The position numbers and the translations under genes are program-made. A DNA stretch of 64,000 nucleotides from a bacterium (GTDB taxonomy: Bacteria; Desulfobacterota; DSWW01). The stretch covers positions 1 to 64,000 of the forward strand of contig JBFLZG010000154.1 of the NCBI GenBank assembly GCA_040756235.1, written 5' to 3'. The notes below the pieces were generated by a model. It was given only the letters and a program-made list of their open reading frames with translations. It did no database searches and was not told the DNA's origin. Within the stretch, counting starts at the first letter, position 1, and each line of letters starts with the position of its first letter. Positions 36,699 through 46,688 of this stretch are shown piece by piece.

Positions 36699-38390
36699 TC
36701 AAGGGCATCCCCTTTCCCCCAGCCCGAAGACGTAAGGGCATGCGTCGGAGGAGGGATCCTCCATGAATCGAATCGTCAGGTCCCCCTCATCGTCCCCGGG
36801 CTCTTCCGAGTAGGCGAACAGAGCGGGGTCGCACAGGCCGTCCTGGTCCGAATCCGGGACCCCCTTCACGGACCCGTCCTGACAGGTCCCGTGCACGGCA
36901 GGGAGGTTGTCCACCAGGTCCGGGACTCCGTCCGCGTCCCAGTCGTAGCGGTCCGTGATGCCCCGGGCAAAGCGGAACCGAGCCGCATCTGGCAGGCCGT
37001 CCAGATCGGCGTCATAGGTGGCAGGATTTGAAAAATCGACCCCGCCCGGTATGTCACACCCGAACCGCGAGAAGTAGAACCACTCCTTCTCCTGGACGTA
37101 CTCGATCTGCTGCGGTCTCTTGTACAGGTAGAAGGGCCTGGCGAACGCCCCTTGCGACGACTCGTAGCGGATGAGCAGCCTCGTGATCGCCGGCAAGGAC
37201 TTCGCATCCAGCGCCAGCTGGTTACCGTCGACCCGTCTCGTGTCCGCCTTCCGAAATCGGACGAGCCCGTCGATGCTCGTGGCGCCGCAGATCTCGACTC
37301 CTCTGACCATGGTTCCCGGCTCGATCCGGACCGTGACCCGGTCCTGGTCCACGATCGCTCTTGATTTCCCCGGCTCGAGGTTGGTGTGCACCTGGATGGC
37401 CTCCCCGGCGCAGAGATCGAGAAGGTCCGGGATGCCGTCCCGATCGGTGTCGGGCTGGCCGGACGATCCGTACGGTGTGAACGGGTAGTCGTCCTCGCCG
37501 TCCCCGATGCCGTCCTGATCGGAATCGAGGCAGCTCACGTCGTAACTGTTCTGGCAGACGTAGCCTCCCGCGCCCGCACAGACGAACCCGTCGTGGTCCG
37601 GGCACCGCTGCTCGATGGCGCTTCTCGGCAGGAGCCCGAGCACCCTCATGATATGGGGATCGAAAATCATTCGATGTCGATCTCCGAAGTTCGTGAACGG
37701 AACGACTTCCGTGTTCGGAAGGCCGATGTTCCATTCGAGGAGGCGCGTCGGCCGGTTCTCCCGCGAGACGTGATGATATCCGAAGCCGTGAAGGATCTTG
37801 TGAATCGTCAGAGCTACGGCCGGCCCGTCCTCCTCCTGATTGGAAGGGTTCAGGAAGGTCTCGAGACACAAGTACTTCCTGTCGTGATGACTGTACCCGA
37901 TGCTGGGGCCGTCCGTGCACCAGGGGGCGTAATCCTGCGACGGCGGCGTGAAGATCAGGATATCGTAGGAGAGGCCCTTTCCTGCATAGTACTCTTCAAG
38001 GTCCGTGATCCAGCCGTAGACGGACCTCGTGGAGTAGTCCAGACGGTCGTCGCCCAGCTCGCTCACGTGGACGAGGCTCAGGACGGGCGAGATCCGGATC
38101 CTGCCCAGGGACTCGCTTTCCAGGACGGATTCGAGCAACCGCAGCCGCCTCACGAATGACTCTCGGGCCGGCACGGTTGTGGGCCCGTCTTCGTAAAGCA
38201 CGGCGTGAAGAACGGTGAAATCGTAAGACCGGGCGGAACCTTCCGGAAGAGCCGAACGTATGGAGGGCAGGCCTTGCCCCGGGGCGGGCGCCTTGGGCCT
38301 GCGCGAGACCACAGCGACTGTCGCCAGCGCGCCTGTCAGCAGCAGGAGGCACACAAGGTAGACTCCTCGTCGAACCGCATGTCTCTGCAT
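36699..38390 (-). CDS. Membrane-anchored protein with metzincin-like motif and thrombospondin type 3-like Ca-binding repeats
   Basis: N-terminal TM; HKILHGFGYHH; repeated DSDQDGIGD, DTDRDGIPD, DADLDGLPD, DWDADGVPD, DSDQDGLCD. Confidence 0.75.
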   Translation of the reverse strand: MQRHAVRRGVYLVCLLLLTGALATVAVVSRRPKAPAPGQGLPSIRSALPEGSARSYDFTVLHAVLYEDGPTTVPARESFVRRLRLLESVLESESLGRIRISPVLSLVHVSELGDDRLDYSTRSVYGWITDLEEYYAGKGLSYDILIFTPPSQDYAPWCTDGPSIGYSHHDRKYLCLETFLNPSNQEEDGPAVALTIHKILHGFGYHHVSRENRPTRLLEWNIGLPNTEVVPFTNFGDRHRMIFDPHIMRVLGLLPRSAIEQRCPDHDGFVCAGAGGYVCQNSYDVSCLDSDQDGIGDGEDDYPFTPYGSSGQPDTDRDGIPDLLDLCAGEAIQVHTNLEPGKSRAIVDQDRVTVRIEPGTMVRGVEICGATSIDGLVRFRKADTRRVDGNQLALDAKSLPAITRLLIRYESSQGAFARPFYLYKRPQQIEYVQEKEWFYFSRFGCDIPGGVDFSNPATYDADLDGLPDAARFRFARGITDRYDWDADGVPDLVDNLPAVHGTCQDGSVKGVPDSDQDGLCDPALFAYSEEPGDDEGDLTIRFMEDPSSDACPYVFGLGERGCP

Positions 38391-38545
38391 CACAGACTCC
38401 GACCGGATTTGTTGTCTTGTTGTAAGGAGGGCCGTTCTCAGGCAGGGGTGGAGCATGATCCCTGGGGGCCGGCCAAGAATTCGGCTCCTGGTTCTCTTTT
38501 CGGAAGGAAAGGAGGCTCGACTTTACAGAGCTGCTGGGTCGGGGA

Positions 38546-38690
38546 AGGGCGGCGCAAGCGTCGCCCCGACAAGTCGTCATTCCGGCGCAGGCCGGAATCC
38601 GGTCCCTGCTCCAAAATAGTACCGCTGGATTCGGTGCACCCTTCCGGATCCCGGCTCTCACGCGCTTCGCAGGTGGGCCGGGATGACGAA
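38546..38690. repeat. Cluster of REP-like palindromes (GTAG-like and CGTC-type)
   Basis: gggcggcgcaagcgtcgccc; cgtcattccggcgcaggccggaatcc; ggatcccggc...gccgggatgacg. Confidence 0.65.
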
Positions 38691-38700
38691 CACCGGGCGG

Positions 38701-40203
38701 TCATTCGCCCGGCGCCATGTCCGGCAGCATGGAGCCGTGCTCCATGAAGTTGCGATGCAGCTCGAAGCACTTGGTGAGGTCGTGGCGGTAGTGGCCCATG
38801 GGGCAGTCCTCAAGGTAGTTGCGGAGGTAGTCGCGGTAGGCGGGATGGGCGCAGCAGTCGACGATCGCCATGGCCCTTTCGATGGGCCCCAGTCCCCTAA
38901 GGTCGGCCAACCCCTGTTCCGTCGCGACGACCTGCACGGAGTGCTCGTTGTTGTCGACGTGAGAGCACATCGGTACGATCGTGGAGATCCTGCCCTCGCG
39001 GGCCGTCGAAGGGCACACGACGATCGAGAGGTAGCTGTTGCGGTTGAAATCGCCGCTCCCGCCCGTCCCGTTTATGATCTTCGTGCCGAAAACGTGTGTG
39101 GAGTTCATGTTCCCGTAGATGTCGACTTCCACGGCCGTGTTCATGGCGATGACCCCCAGCCGGCGGATGATGCCGGGGTTGTTCGACAGCTCCTGGGGCC
39201 TGAGCACGATGCGGGGCGCAAAGAAGTCCATGTTGTCGTACATGTGCTCGAGCTGGCCCGACGTGACCGTCAGGCTGGTCGCGCTCGCCCCCGTGAGCTT
39301 GCCCTTCTCCATCAGCCCCACAAGCGAGTCCTGAAAGACCTCGGAATACATCTCGAAGGGCGGGATGTCCGGGTCCTCGCCCAGCCTCGCCGTGACGGCG
39401 TTGGCCACGTTGCCGACGCCGGCCTGAACGGGCAGGAACTCCCCGGGGATCCGGCCCGACCTCATCTCCTTGAGCAGAAAGCGGACCACGTGCGCGGCGA
39501 TCCGGCTCGAAGTCTGATCGGGCGGGGAAAAGCCCTGGACGTGGTCCGGCTCCTCGTGCTCCACGATCCCCGCGACCTTGGCCGGATCCACGGTCGCGTA
39601 GGGCCAGCCGATCCGCGTCAGGGGCTCGTGGATCGGAATCGGATTGCGGTTGGGAGGCGGCGGCAGGATCAGGATGTCCGCCATCTCCCGGGTGCGCATG
39701 GAGTGATACCGGTTGATCTCGATGATCACCTTGTCCGCGTGGCGCAGGAAGGTGGGGCTGGCGCCGATGGAGGTGGTCAGGTAGACGCGGCCGTCCGGAG
39801 TGATCTCGGTTGCCTCGATCACCGCGAAGTGGATGGGGCCCAGAAACCCGAAGGACACGTACTGGGGCACGTGCGAGAGATGCATGTCCAGGAATTCCAC
39901 TTCCTGGTTGTTGATCTGCGCGCGCAAGGCCGGCGAAGACTGGTACGGGGTGCGCCAGGAGATCGCTTTTTCCCTGGCCAGCAGCTCGTCGATCGTATCC
40001 CCCGTGGACGCTCCCGTGAGCACGCGCAGCTGGTAGGGGTCGCCCTGTGCGTGAATCCGGTTTGCCCGGGCGGCCAGCGCCCTGGGCACGGCCTTGGCCG
40101 CTCCTGCCGGCGTGAACCCGCTGAAGGCCACGGTCGCCCCGTCCGGGATCATCTCGGCGGCCTCTTCCGCTGTGAGTTTCCGGTATCCGTTTCGAATGGG
40201 CAT
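38701..40203 (-). CDS. Acetyl-CoA hydrolase / succinate CoA-transferase
   Basis: FSGFTPAG, QAGVGNVAN, YSEVFQD, NGTGGSGDF, TEQGLADLRG; start ATG 40203. Confidence 0.93.
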   Translation of the reverse strand: MPIRNGYRKLTAEEAAEMIPDGATVAFSGFTPAGAAKAVPRALAARANRIHAQGDPYQLRVLTGASTGDTIDELLAREKAISWRTPYQSSPALRAQINNQEVEFLDMHLSHVPQYVSFGFLGPIHFAVIEATEITPDGRVYLTTSIGASPTFLRHADKVIIEINRYHSMRTREMADILILPPPPNRNPIPIHEPLTRIGWPYATVDPAKVAGIVEHEEPDHVQGFSPPDQTSSRIAAHVVRFLLKEMRSGRIPGEFLPVQAGVGNVANAVTARLGEDPDIPPFEMYSEVFQDSLVGLMEKGKLTGASATSLTVTSGQLEHMYDNMDFFAPRIVLRPQELSNNPGIIRRLGVIAMNTAVEVDIYGNMNSTHVFGTKIINGTGGSGDFNRNSYLSIVVCPSTAREGRISTIVPMCSHVDNNEHSVQVVATEQGLADLRGLGPIERAMAIVDCCAHPAYRDYLRNYLEDCPMGHYRHDLTKCFELHRNFMEHGSMLPDMAPGE

Positions 40204-40520
40204 CTCTCGTCTCCTGCGCAGACCTGTCCTCCCCCTCCCTTCTTCTTGGATGACTTGCCGCAAGGGGAGGTTGGTGCGGGGGTGCGTCGGAGGGCCTTGC
40301 GAATGAGCACGGCCTCCGGCCGGATTTGCCGCCCGCACTTGTTGTCCGGGCGCGCGCTGGTGACGAACAGGTCCGAGGGAGCAGAACCGGCGCGCTGGCG
40401 CCGGTGCAGAAGGAAGGCGCGGGCGCGGGCCCGCTTCTCCTGAAAGCGGATGGAGCCGGACGCGGAAGTCCCCCCGAGAGACTCTGACGCGTATGCTTTC
40501 CGCCGTCCCGACTCTAACTA

Positions 40521-40672
40521 GAGCCTGTCCCAAAACGCCCATCTGCGGCGTTGCGCTCATCCCTCGTCATTGCGGCGTACCGAAATGTACGCCTCATTCC
40601 TCGGGATTTCGCGCGCCTTGCATCTAGGCATTTTTGAACAGGCTCTCAAGATAGTCCTTGTGGGACAAGCTC
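40521..40672 (-). mobile_element. MITE family A copy (152 bp) with target-site duplication
   Basis: TIRs gagcctgtccc / gggacaagctc, flanked on both sides by taacta. Confidence 0.82.
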
Positions 40673-40716
40673 TAACTAACGCGCAAGGATCGGAACAGGC
40701 TCTTGCGAGCCGACGC

Positions 40717-41130
40717 CTACCACAGAGGCAGGCCGGTGTCGGGATCCCGCAGGGGTACAAGAACATTCGAAAGGGTGACCGACATGGCGATATTCCGCTC
40801 GATGTCGCCGAAGTCCACCGTGAACCCGCTCACCTCGATCCAGTCGCCGACCGCCGGCCTTTCCACGCCCAGATCGTCCCAGTAGCTTCTTGGCCCGATG
40901 CCGTAAACCGTGACGTTGCCGGCGTCCGTGGCGATGACCAGGCCGCCGCCTGCGGAGCCGGTGCTCGCGACCAGTCCCGCGTAAGTGAAGGGTTGACCGC
41001 CGAGCACATCGTGCAGAGGCCCCGAGCCGTCCCCCGCACCGTAACCATTTGCCGCCAGGCTCGCCCCTGCGGCCAGCAGGACGCCGGCGATGATGACACA
41101 GCCCACCGCGATGAAGTCTTTCCGAGGCAT
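40717..41130 (-). CDS. Small secreted protein, possible OB-fold
   Basis: Signal peptide; GIGPRSYW, VGDWIEVSG, LRDPDTGLPLW; aggaga RBS. Confidence 0.7.
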   Translation of the reverse strand: MPRKDFIAVGCVIIAGVLLAAGASLAANGYGAGDGSGPLHDVLGGQPFTYAGLVASTGSAGGGLVIATDAGNVTVYGIGPRSYWDDLGVERPAVGDWIEVSGFTVDFGDIERNIAMSVTLSNVLVPLRDPDTGLPLW

Positions 41131-41255
41131 TCTCTTCTCCTTTCTTGGGTCTTCGGTCAAAACCGGCTGCCGGCCCTTGCGCGTGCAGCCAGAGCCCTCG
41201 GGGGGACTCCCGGACCGCCTGCACGTACATGCGGCTGCCCGGCCCCACCCCTCGG

Positions 41256-41271
41256 ATCAATTCCTGTGCCA
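41256..41271 (-). promoter_or_regulatory. Probable sigma54 promoter
   Basis: TGGCAC-AGGAA-TTGAT upstream of 41130 (one mismatch at -12). Confidence 0.5.
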
Positions 41272-41496
41272 AGGGTCAAAGCCTTGCGGCCGTGCGGTTT
41301 CCCAGGCGGGCGGGTGGCGGCGGAGTGTAAATCCTGCAGGAGGCCGGTGCAGAATCTGCGCCCTTTCGTCATGATCCGCAGGACACGGCAGGATTCGCGC
41401 TGGAGGGCGGCTCCTCGGGCCCCGGACGCCATGCGGATTCCCGCGGCGCCCTCGCGTCTTCACAGGGCGTGCGGGAGGACGGCCGGGGGCCGGGCT

Positions 41497-43665
41497 TCAG
41501 CTCTTCCCCTCCTTGGATATCCTGCAGAGGAAGCACTTCCAGGGCTCGGAGCCCCAGATGGGGTCGGCCGGCGCGGGGTCGAGCAGGAGACTGGCGCTCG
41601 ACTCCTTCCAGCCATATTCCGGAGGCTCCCGCTCGGGGAACCACCAGGCGTGCTGGATGGAGACCACCCGCGGATCGATGCCGGCGGTGAGTCGTGCGCG
41701 CTGGCGGATGGCGCCGCGCGGAGAGGCGATCCGCACCCAGTCGCCGTCACGGACGCCGAGCCGGGCGGCCGTGTCCGGGTGGATCTCGACGAGCGGATCG
41801 GGGTTTCGCCGCCGCTGCGAGGCGAGCTGTCGGTGCTCGGAGTGGAAAAAGGGCTCGATCTTGGCGCCGGCCAGGGCGATGAGGGGATACCGTTCGTAGA
41901 GCTCCGGCGTGCTCGAAGGGCTCTCGGGCGGCTCGCGGTAATCCGGCAGCGGGTCGCAGCCCAAGGCCTCCAGAGCGCTCGATGCGATCTCGAGCTTGCC
42001 GGACGGCGTGGGAAACCCTTCGGTCTCGTGCTTCCGATACCGCATCTCGCCCGGCAGCAGGCCCGCTCTTGCGAACGCACCGAAGTCCATGCCGGCGCCG
42101 CTCAGGACGAAATCGCACCACTCCCGCACGTTCTTCCACGGGAAGCAGTCCTCCAGCCCCAGGCGGCGGGCGAGCTCCAGGAAGATCTCCTTGTCGTCCC
42201 GGCACTCGCCGATCCGGGCGACTTTGCGCCGGGCGGCGACGCACCAGATGAAGTGCAGGTCGGCGACGTCGTCCTGCTCGAGCCAGGATGCGGCCGGCAG
42301 CACGATGTCCGCGAGCTGCGCGGTCGGCGTCATGAAGAGGTCGACGGCGGCGGAGAAGTCGATCTTCCGCAGGGCCGCTTCTCCCTTGAGCGGATCGCTC
42401 GCCGTGAGCAGCGGATTCGTGCCCACCAGGAGGAGCGCTTTCATCGGATAGGGCCTGCCGGTGAGGACCGCGTCGTAGAACACCGAGTGCCGCACGCCGG
42501 GGTTCAGGGGAATGGACTCGCCGGCGCCGAGCTTCCTCGCTGCGACTTGCGGCGCGAGCCGCTCGGGCAGGATGTTCTCGATCGCCGCAAAAGGCGAGGT
42601 CTGATAGACGCCGCCCGGGGGCACCCAGAACACGTCGCCGCCCGGCACGTCGATGTTGCCGGTCAGAGCGCGCAGGATCATGAGGGCCCTGGCGGTCTGG
42701 AAGCAGTTGGGCCCCTGGTCGATGCCGTTGCCCCAGAGGAGGCAGGCGGGCCTGGAGGCGGCGTAGAGGCGCGCGATCGCGCGGATCGTCTCTTCGGGGA
42801 CCCAGGTGATCGCGGCCGCCCGCTCGGGAGGATACTCCTTGATTCTCTCGACGAGCCGATCGAACCCGGTGGTGTGCTTTTCCACGAACTCCCGGTCATG
42901 GAGCCGCTCCTCGACGAGGACGTGGAGCACGGCCAGCGCGAGGGCCGCGTCGGTGCCGGGCCGGACCTGTGCCCAGAGGTCGGCCCTGGAAGCCAGCCGC
43001 GTCTTGCGCGGGTCGACGACCACGAGCCTGGCTCCCTCCCGCAGGGCCAGGGTGACCTGATGGCCGCACAGGCCGTCGGCCGCACCGGTCTCCGGGATGT
43101 TGCAGCCCCAGACGAGGACGCACTTTGGGCGGTCGCCGCCGAAGCCGTAGAAGTCGCAGACCGGAAGCGGCATTCTGCCGCAGGTCAGGGCCGAGGCCAG
43201 GATCCGGGGCAGGTAGCAGACGTGGCTGTAGCTCACGACGTTGGGAGTGCCGAACGCGTTGGCGAAGCGGGCGGCGTAGAACATGTAGGGCCGGCCCGTC
43301 CCGAGCGCGATCGCCACCGACTCGGGCCCATGCGCTCGCCGAGCCTCCATGAGCCTGCCGGCCACCGTGTCCAGCGCTTCTTCCCAGCCGATGCGCTCCC
43401 AGCGGTTCTCGCCCCTGGCGCCCGCCCGCTTCAGCGGGTAGCGCAGCCGGTCCGGATGATAGAGAAGCTCCACCGAGGCCCGCCCCTTCGAGCAGATATA
43501 GCCCCGGCTCATGGGGTGGTCCGGGTCGCCGTTCACCTTCACCACCTTGCCGTCCTCGAGGCGTACCTTCACGCCGCAGACGCCGTGGCACATGCGGCAG
43601 ACCGACTTGACGACCGATCGCGCCTTCCCGGAATCTACAGCATGACTGTGCTTCCCGCGGCTCAT
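41497..43665 (-). CDS. Molybdopterin (Mo/W-bisPGD) oxidoreductase, acetylene hydratase-like
   Basis: CRMCHGVC...CSKG [4Fe-4S], HPDRLRYPLKR, RPGTDAAL, TPTAQLADIVLPAA, PLVEIHP; no Tat signal. Confidence 0.9.
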   Translation of the reverse strand: MSRGKHSHAVDSGKARSVVKSVCRMCHGVCGVKVRLEDGKVVKVNGDPDHPMSRGYICSKGRASVELLYHPDRLRYPLKRAGARGENRWERIGWEEALDTVAGRLMEARRAHGPESVAIALGTGRPYMFYAARFANAFGTPNVVSYSHVCYLPRILASALTCGRMPLPVCDFYGFGGDRPKCVLVWGCNIPETGAADGLCGHQVTLALREGARLVVVDPRKTRLASRADLWAQVRPGTDAALALAVLHVLVEERLHDREFVEKHTTGFDRLVERIKEYPPERAAAITWVPEETIRAIARLYAASRPACLLWGNGIDQGPNCFQTARALMILRALTGNIDVPGGDVFWVPPGGVYQTSPFAAIENILPERLAPQVAARKLGAGESIPLNPGVRHSVFYDAVLTGRPYPMKALLLVGTNPLLTASDPLKGEAALRKIDFSAAVDLFMTPTAQLADIVLPAASWLEQDDVADLHFIWCVAARRKVARIGECRDDKEIFLELARRLGLEDCFPWKNVREWCDFVLSGAGMDFGAFARAGLLPGEMRYRKHETEGFPTPSGKLEIASSALEALGCDPLPDYREPPESPSSTPELYERYPLIALAGAKIEPFFHSEHRQLASQRRRNPDPLVEIHPDTAARLGVRDGDWVRIASPRGAIRQRARLTAGIDPRVVSIQHAWWFPEREPPEYGWKESSASLLLDPAPADPIWGSEPWKCFLCRISKEGKS

Positions 43666-43675
43666 CGCATTCCCT

Positions 43676-44326
43676 CTACCTGATCTCTTTCTTCCCCGTC
43701 CACTGCCGGCAGAGTCTTACGGCCTCGACCGCATCCTTGCCATAGGCGTCGGCGCCCACATAGTCGCGCACCCTCTCGTCCATCTGGCCGCCGCCGATCA
43801 TGATCTTCGCCCGCTCTGCGAACCCCGCCCGGGCGAGGGCCTCGACGGTGCTTTTCATGGCGTCGAAGGCGAGGGTCAGGAAGCCGCTCAAGCCGATCAC
43901 ATCCGGCGCGAGCTCCCGGGCGGCCTCCACGAAGTTGCGTGCCGGGACGTTGATGCCGAGGTCCCGGACTTCGAACCCGCTCGTATCGAGCATCTGGACG
44001 ACGATGTCTTTACCGAGGTCATGGATGTCCCCCTCGACCGTCCCGATGAGGACCCTGCCGAGGCTGCTTGCCTCGAGCCGCCTGCCTTCGAGGAGAGGCT
44101 TGATCTTCTCCGAGGCGGTTTTCAACATTTCGCCGGAGAGGATCAGCTCCGGCAGAAAATAGCGGCCCTGCTCGTACTGTCTTCCGATCTCGGCCAACGC
44201 TTCGCGGTAGGCTTCGAGGATCTCCAGCGGATCGACCCCCTGCTCGAGCATCCTGTCGGTTGCGAGCAGGGCTTCCCGTTCCCGCATCGTCACGATCGCT
44301 TCGATCAAAGCCTGTCGCGCATCCAT
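43676..44326 (-). CDS. Corrinoid (cobalamin-binding) protein
   Basis: Cap domain YFLPELILSGE; DIHDLGK (DxHxxG), GLSG, IGGG; start ATG 44326. Confidence 0.92.
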   Translation of the reverse strand: MDARQALIEAIVTMREREALLATDRMLEQGVDPLEILEAYREALAEIGRQYEQGRYFLPELILSGEMLKTASEKIKPLLEGRRLEASSLGRVLIGTVEGDIHDLGKDIVVQMLDTSGFEVRDLGINVPARNFVEAARELAPDVIGLSGFLTLAFDAMKSTVEALARAGFAERAKIMIGGGQMDERVRDYVGADAYGKDAVEAVRLCRQWTGKKEIR

Positions 44327-44619
44327 GTCTCGTGGTCCTCGCAAGTGATCGGTTCCCAACCCCGGATTTGGCGAGCGAGCGGCCGGGAATCGGTAGATCT
44401 TGTGCAGAGGGTGCACGCCCTCGAGCCGGGCGCAGGATTCGGACCCCAGTATCTTCCCCGAGTGCCGCTCCGTCAATTGTACGGCCAAGCGCCGCGCAGG
44501 CCGCGGGCTGAGCCGGCCGTAAGGTCCGGACAGGGAGCTCAGGGCGGAAAGGGTGCGAAGCGGATACAACCGTGATAAGATGCCCGCGCCCTCCAACTGC
44601 CGGACACGGGTTCTTCATC

Positions 44620-45843
44620 ATGACGCGAGCCCCTCAGCCCTTTGTTCACACCGAGACATCGATCGCGAAGCCGGAGCCGGCCGCCGTGCGCCTCACCGAG
44701 CTCGATTGGCTGCGGATCCTGGCCGTGCTGATGCTGATCTACTACCACACGGCTGCCATGTTCGTGCACTGGGACTCGGTCATCAACAACAGCCAGGGGA
44801 GCGTCTGGGCCGATCTGTTCATTCTTTTCATGGACCCGTGGTACATGTCTCTTTTTTTCGTCATCGCGGGCGCTGCCGCGCGCTTCTCGCTGGCTTCCCG
44901 GTCGGCCCTGCAGTACGCGGGGGAGAGGACGAGGCGGCTGCTGGTGCCGCTCGTCTTCGGCATGCTGGTCATCGTCCCCCCTCAGGTCTTCTGCCAGCGC
45001 CTCCAGGATCCCGTGCACTACGATAGCTTGCCGCAATTCTACCTGCATTTGTTCGACGGCATCTATCCGGCCGGAGACCTGAGCTGGCACCACCTCTGGT
45101 TCGTCGCCTATCTGTTCGTCTTTGCGCTCGCCCTGCTTCCGTTCTTCGTGTGGCTCGGGAGGGGGCGCGGCCGCGCACACCTGTCGAGGGCGGCTTGGGT
45201 GTGCGAGCGCCCCGGCGGCATCTTCCTGCCTGCCTTGGTGCTGGCCGCAACGGATACGGTCCTGCGGGGCCGGTTCCCCGGCCCGCCGGACTTCGTGCAC
45301 GACTGGGCGAGCGTCTTGTTCTTTGCGATCTATTTTGCCGGCGGCTACGTCCTCTACTCAGAGGATCGGCTGGTCGGGGTCGTGGAGCGCAGTCTGAAGC
45401 CGGCCCTCTGCCTGGCGCTGCTTTCCACGGCGTCGGGGGTTGCGCTGTTCCTGTCGGGGAAGATCCCGGGCTACGGCAGCCCGGGGGCCGTCGGCTCGGC
45501 TGGATGGGCCCTGCTCATGATGCTGCGATCGCTGAACTCGTGGAGCTGGGTGCTCGTCTGGCTGGGGTTGGCCCGCCGGCGCTTGCGGACGCGAAACCGA
45601 TTCCTGACTTACGCCAGCGAGGCGGCCTACCCTTTCTACATCCTGCACGAGACCGTGCTCGTCGTCATCGGATACCGGATCGTGCAGTCGGACTGGGGCG
45701 TGCCCGCCAAGTTCCTGGCCATCAGCACGGCCGGGCTCGTGGCCACCGTCGCCTCGTACGAGCTCCTGGTCAGGCGAGTGGGGACCCTGCGATTCCTGTT
45801 CGGCATGCGCCGGGCTGCCTCCGGTCGAGCCCGGCCTGGATGA
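44620..45843 (+). CDS. Acyltransferase family 3 (OpgC/MdoC-like)
   Basis: LDWLR, YH, MSLFFVIAG, RLLVPL, HLWFV, YPFYILH. Confidence 0.88.
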   Translation: MTRAPQPFVHTETSIAKPEPAAVRLTELDWLRILAVLMLIYYHTAAMFVHWDSVINNSQGSVWADLFILFMDPWYMSLFFVIAGAAARFSLASRSALQYAGERTRRLLVPLVFGMLVIVPPQVFCQRLQDPVHYDSLPQFYLHLFDGIYPAGDLSWHHLWFVAYLFVFALALLPFFVWLGRGRGRAHLSRAAWVCERPGGIFLPALVLAATDTVLRGRFPGPPDFVHDWASVLFFAIYFAGGYVLYSEDRLVGVVERSLKPALCLALLSTASGVALFLSGKIPGYGSPGAVGSAGWALLMMLRSLNSWSWVLVWLGLARRRLRTRNRFLTYASEAAYPFYILHETVLVVIGYRIVQSDWGVPAKFLAISTAGLVATVASYELLVRRVGTLRFLFGMRRAASGRARPG

Positions 45844-46549
45844 CGGCGCGGGTCCTGGCCATCAGGTCCTCCAGGTTCCCGCTCTTGTATACGGAAGGTT
45901 CCAGAGCCGGGTGAATCTGCATCTTCACGCGCCCGGGGAACAGGTCCATGGTCCTGGGCGGGAGGACCTCGCGGGTGCCCGTGATCGTCACCGGCAGGAT
46001 CGGCAGGCCCAGGTCCATCGCCATCTGGAAGGCTCCCTTCTTGAACTTCAGCAACTCTCCCGACAGACTTCGCGTCCCCTCGGGGAAGAAAAGGGCCGAG
46101 GTGCCGTTGGCGATCTTCTTCTTGGCCTCCTGGAGGGAGGCGATTGCGGCCTGGGTGTCGGACCGGTCGATGTAGATGTGCCCGAGCTTTTCACAGGCGA
46201 CCCCCAGGATCGGCACTTTCCTGAGCTCCTTCTTCATCACCCACTTGAAATCGACGCCCAGCCATCCGTAGAGGACGAAGATGTCGTAGTGGCTCTGATG
46301 GTTGGCCACGATCACGTAGGAACGCTCGGGGTGGATATTCTGGCGGCCTTCGACCTGGACCCACATCGGGGTGAAGTAGCTGTTGAGCCTGGCCCAGAGG
46401 ACACCCCCGAGCCTGCTGCCGGCGCGGGGGCCCGCAACCGCGGCCACGAGCATGGCCGTGAGGCCGAACACGACGGTGGAGGCGATCAGAAAAGGGATGA
46501 AGGCCAGGAACTTGTAGGGTTGATACAGCCAGCGTGGGAGCTCTCTCAT
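45770..46549 (-). CDS. 1-acyl-sn-glycerol-3-phosphate acyltransferase (PlsC family)
   Basis: NHQSHYD, YIDR, FPEGTRS, FKKGAF; start ATG 46549. Confidence 0.9.
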   Translation of the reverse strand: MRELPRWLYQPYKFLAFIPFLIASTVVFGLTAMLVAAVAGPRAGSRLGGVLWARLNSYFTPMWVQVEGRQNIHPERSYVIVANHQSHYDIFVLYGWLGVDFKWVMKKELRKVPILGVACEKLGHIYIDRSDTQAAIASLQEAKKKIANGTSALFFPEGTRSLSGELLKFKKGAFQMAMDLGLPILPVTITGTREVLPPRTMDLFPGRVKMQIHPALEPSVYKSGNLEDLMARTRAVIQAGLDRRQPGACRTGIAGSPLA

Positions 46550-46688
46550 TCCGTCCTCTTGCGCGACAACGAGGAGAAGGCGAGCAGGTATGCGCGAATA
46601 TACGCTCCAGACCCAAATTACCACGTGGGACCCGGAATGTCGACGCAAAGCGTCGAAGCTCGCGGCAACCGGGCAGGCAGACGGCCTG

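Noticed and set aside
40204..40560. N-terminal extension of the CoA-transferase
   Set aside because: Begins inside a MITE; homology and the RBS (aggaga) start at 40203.
41497..43665. Selenocysteine recoding in the Mo/W enzyme
   Set aside because: The ORF is uninterrupted, with no in-frame TGA.
40570..43683. 1037-aa + strand ORF
   Set aside because: Starts in a MITE and is antisense to the molybdopterin enzyme; no recognisable domain.
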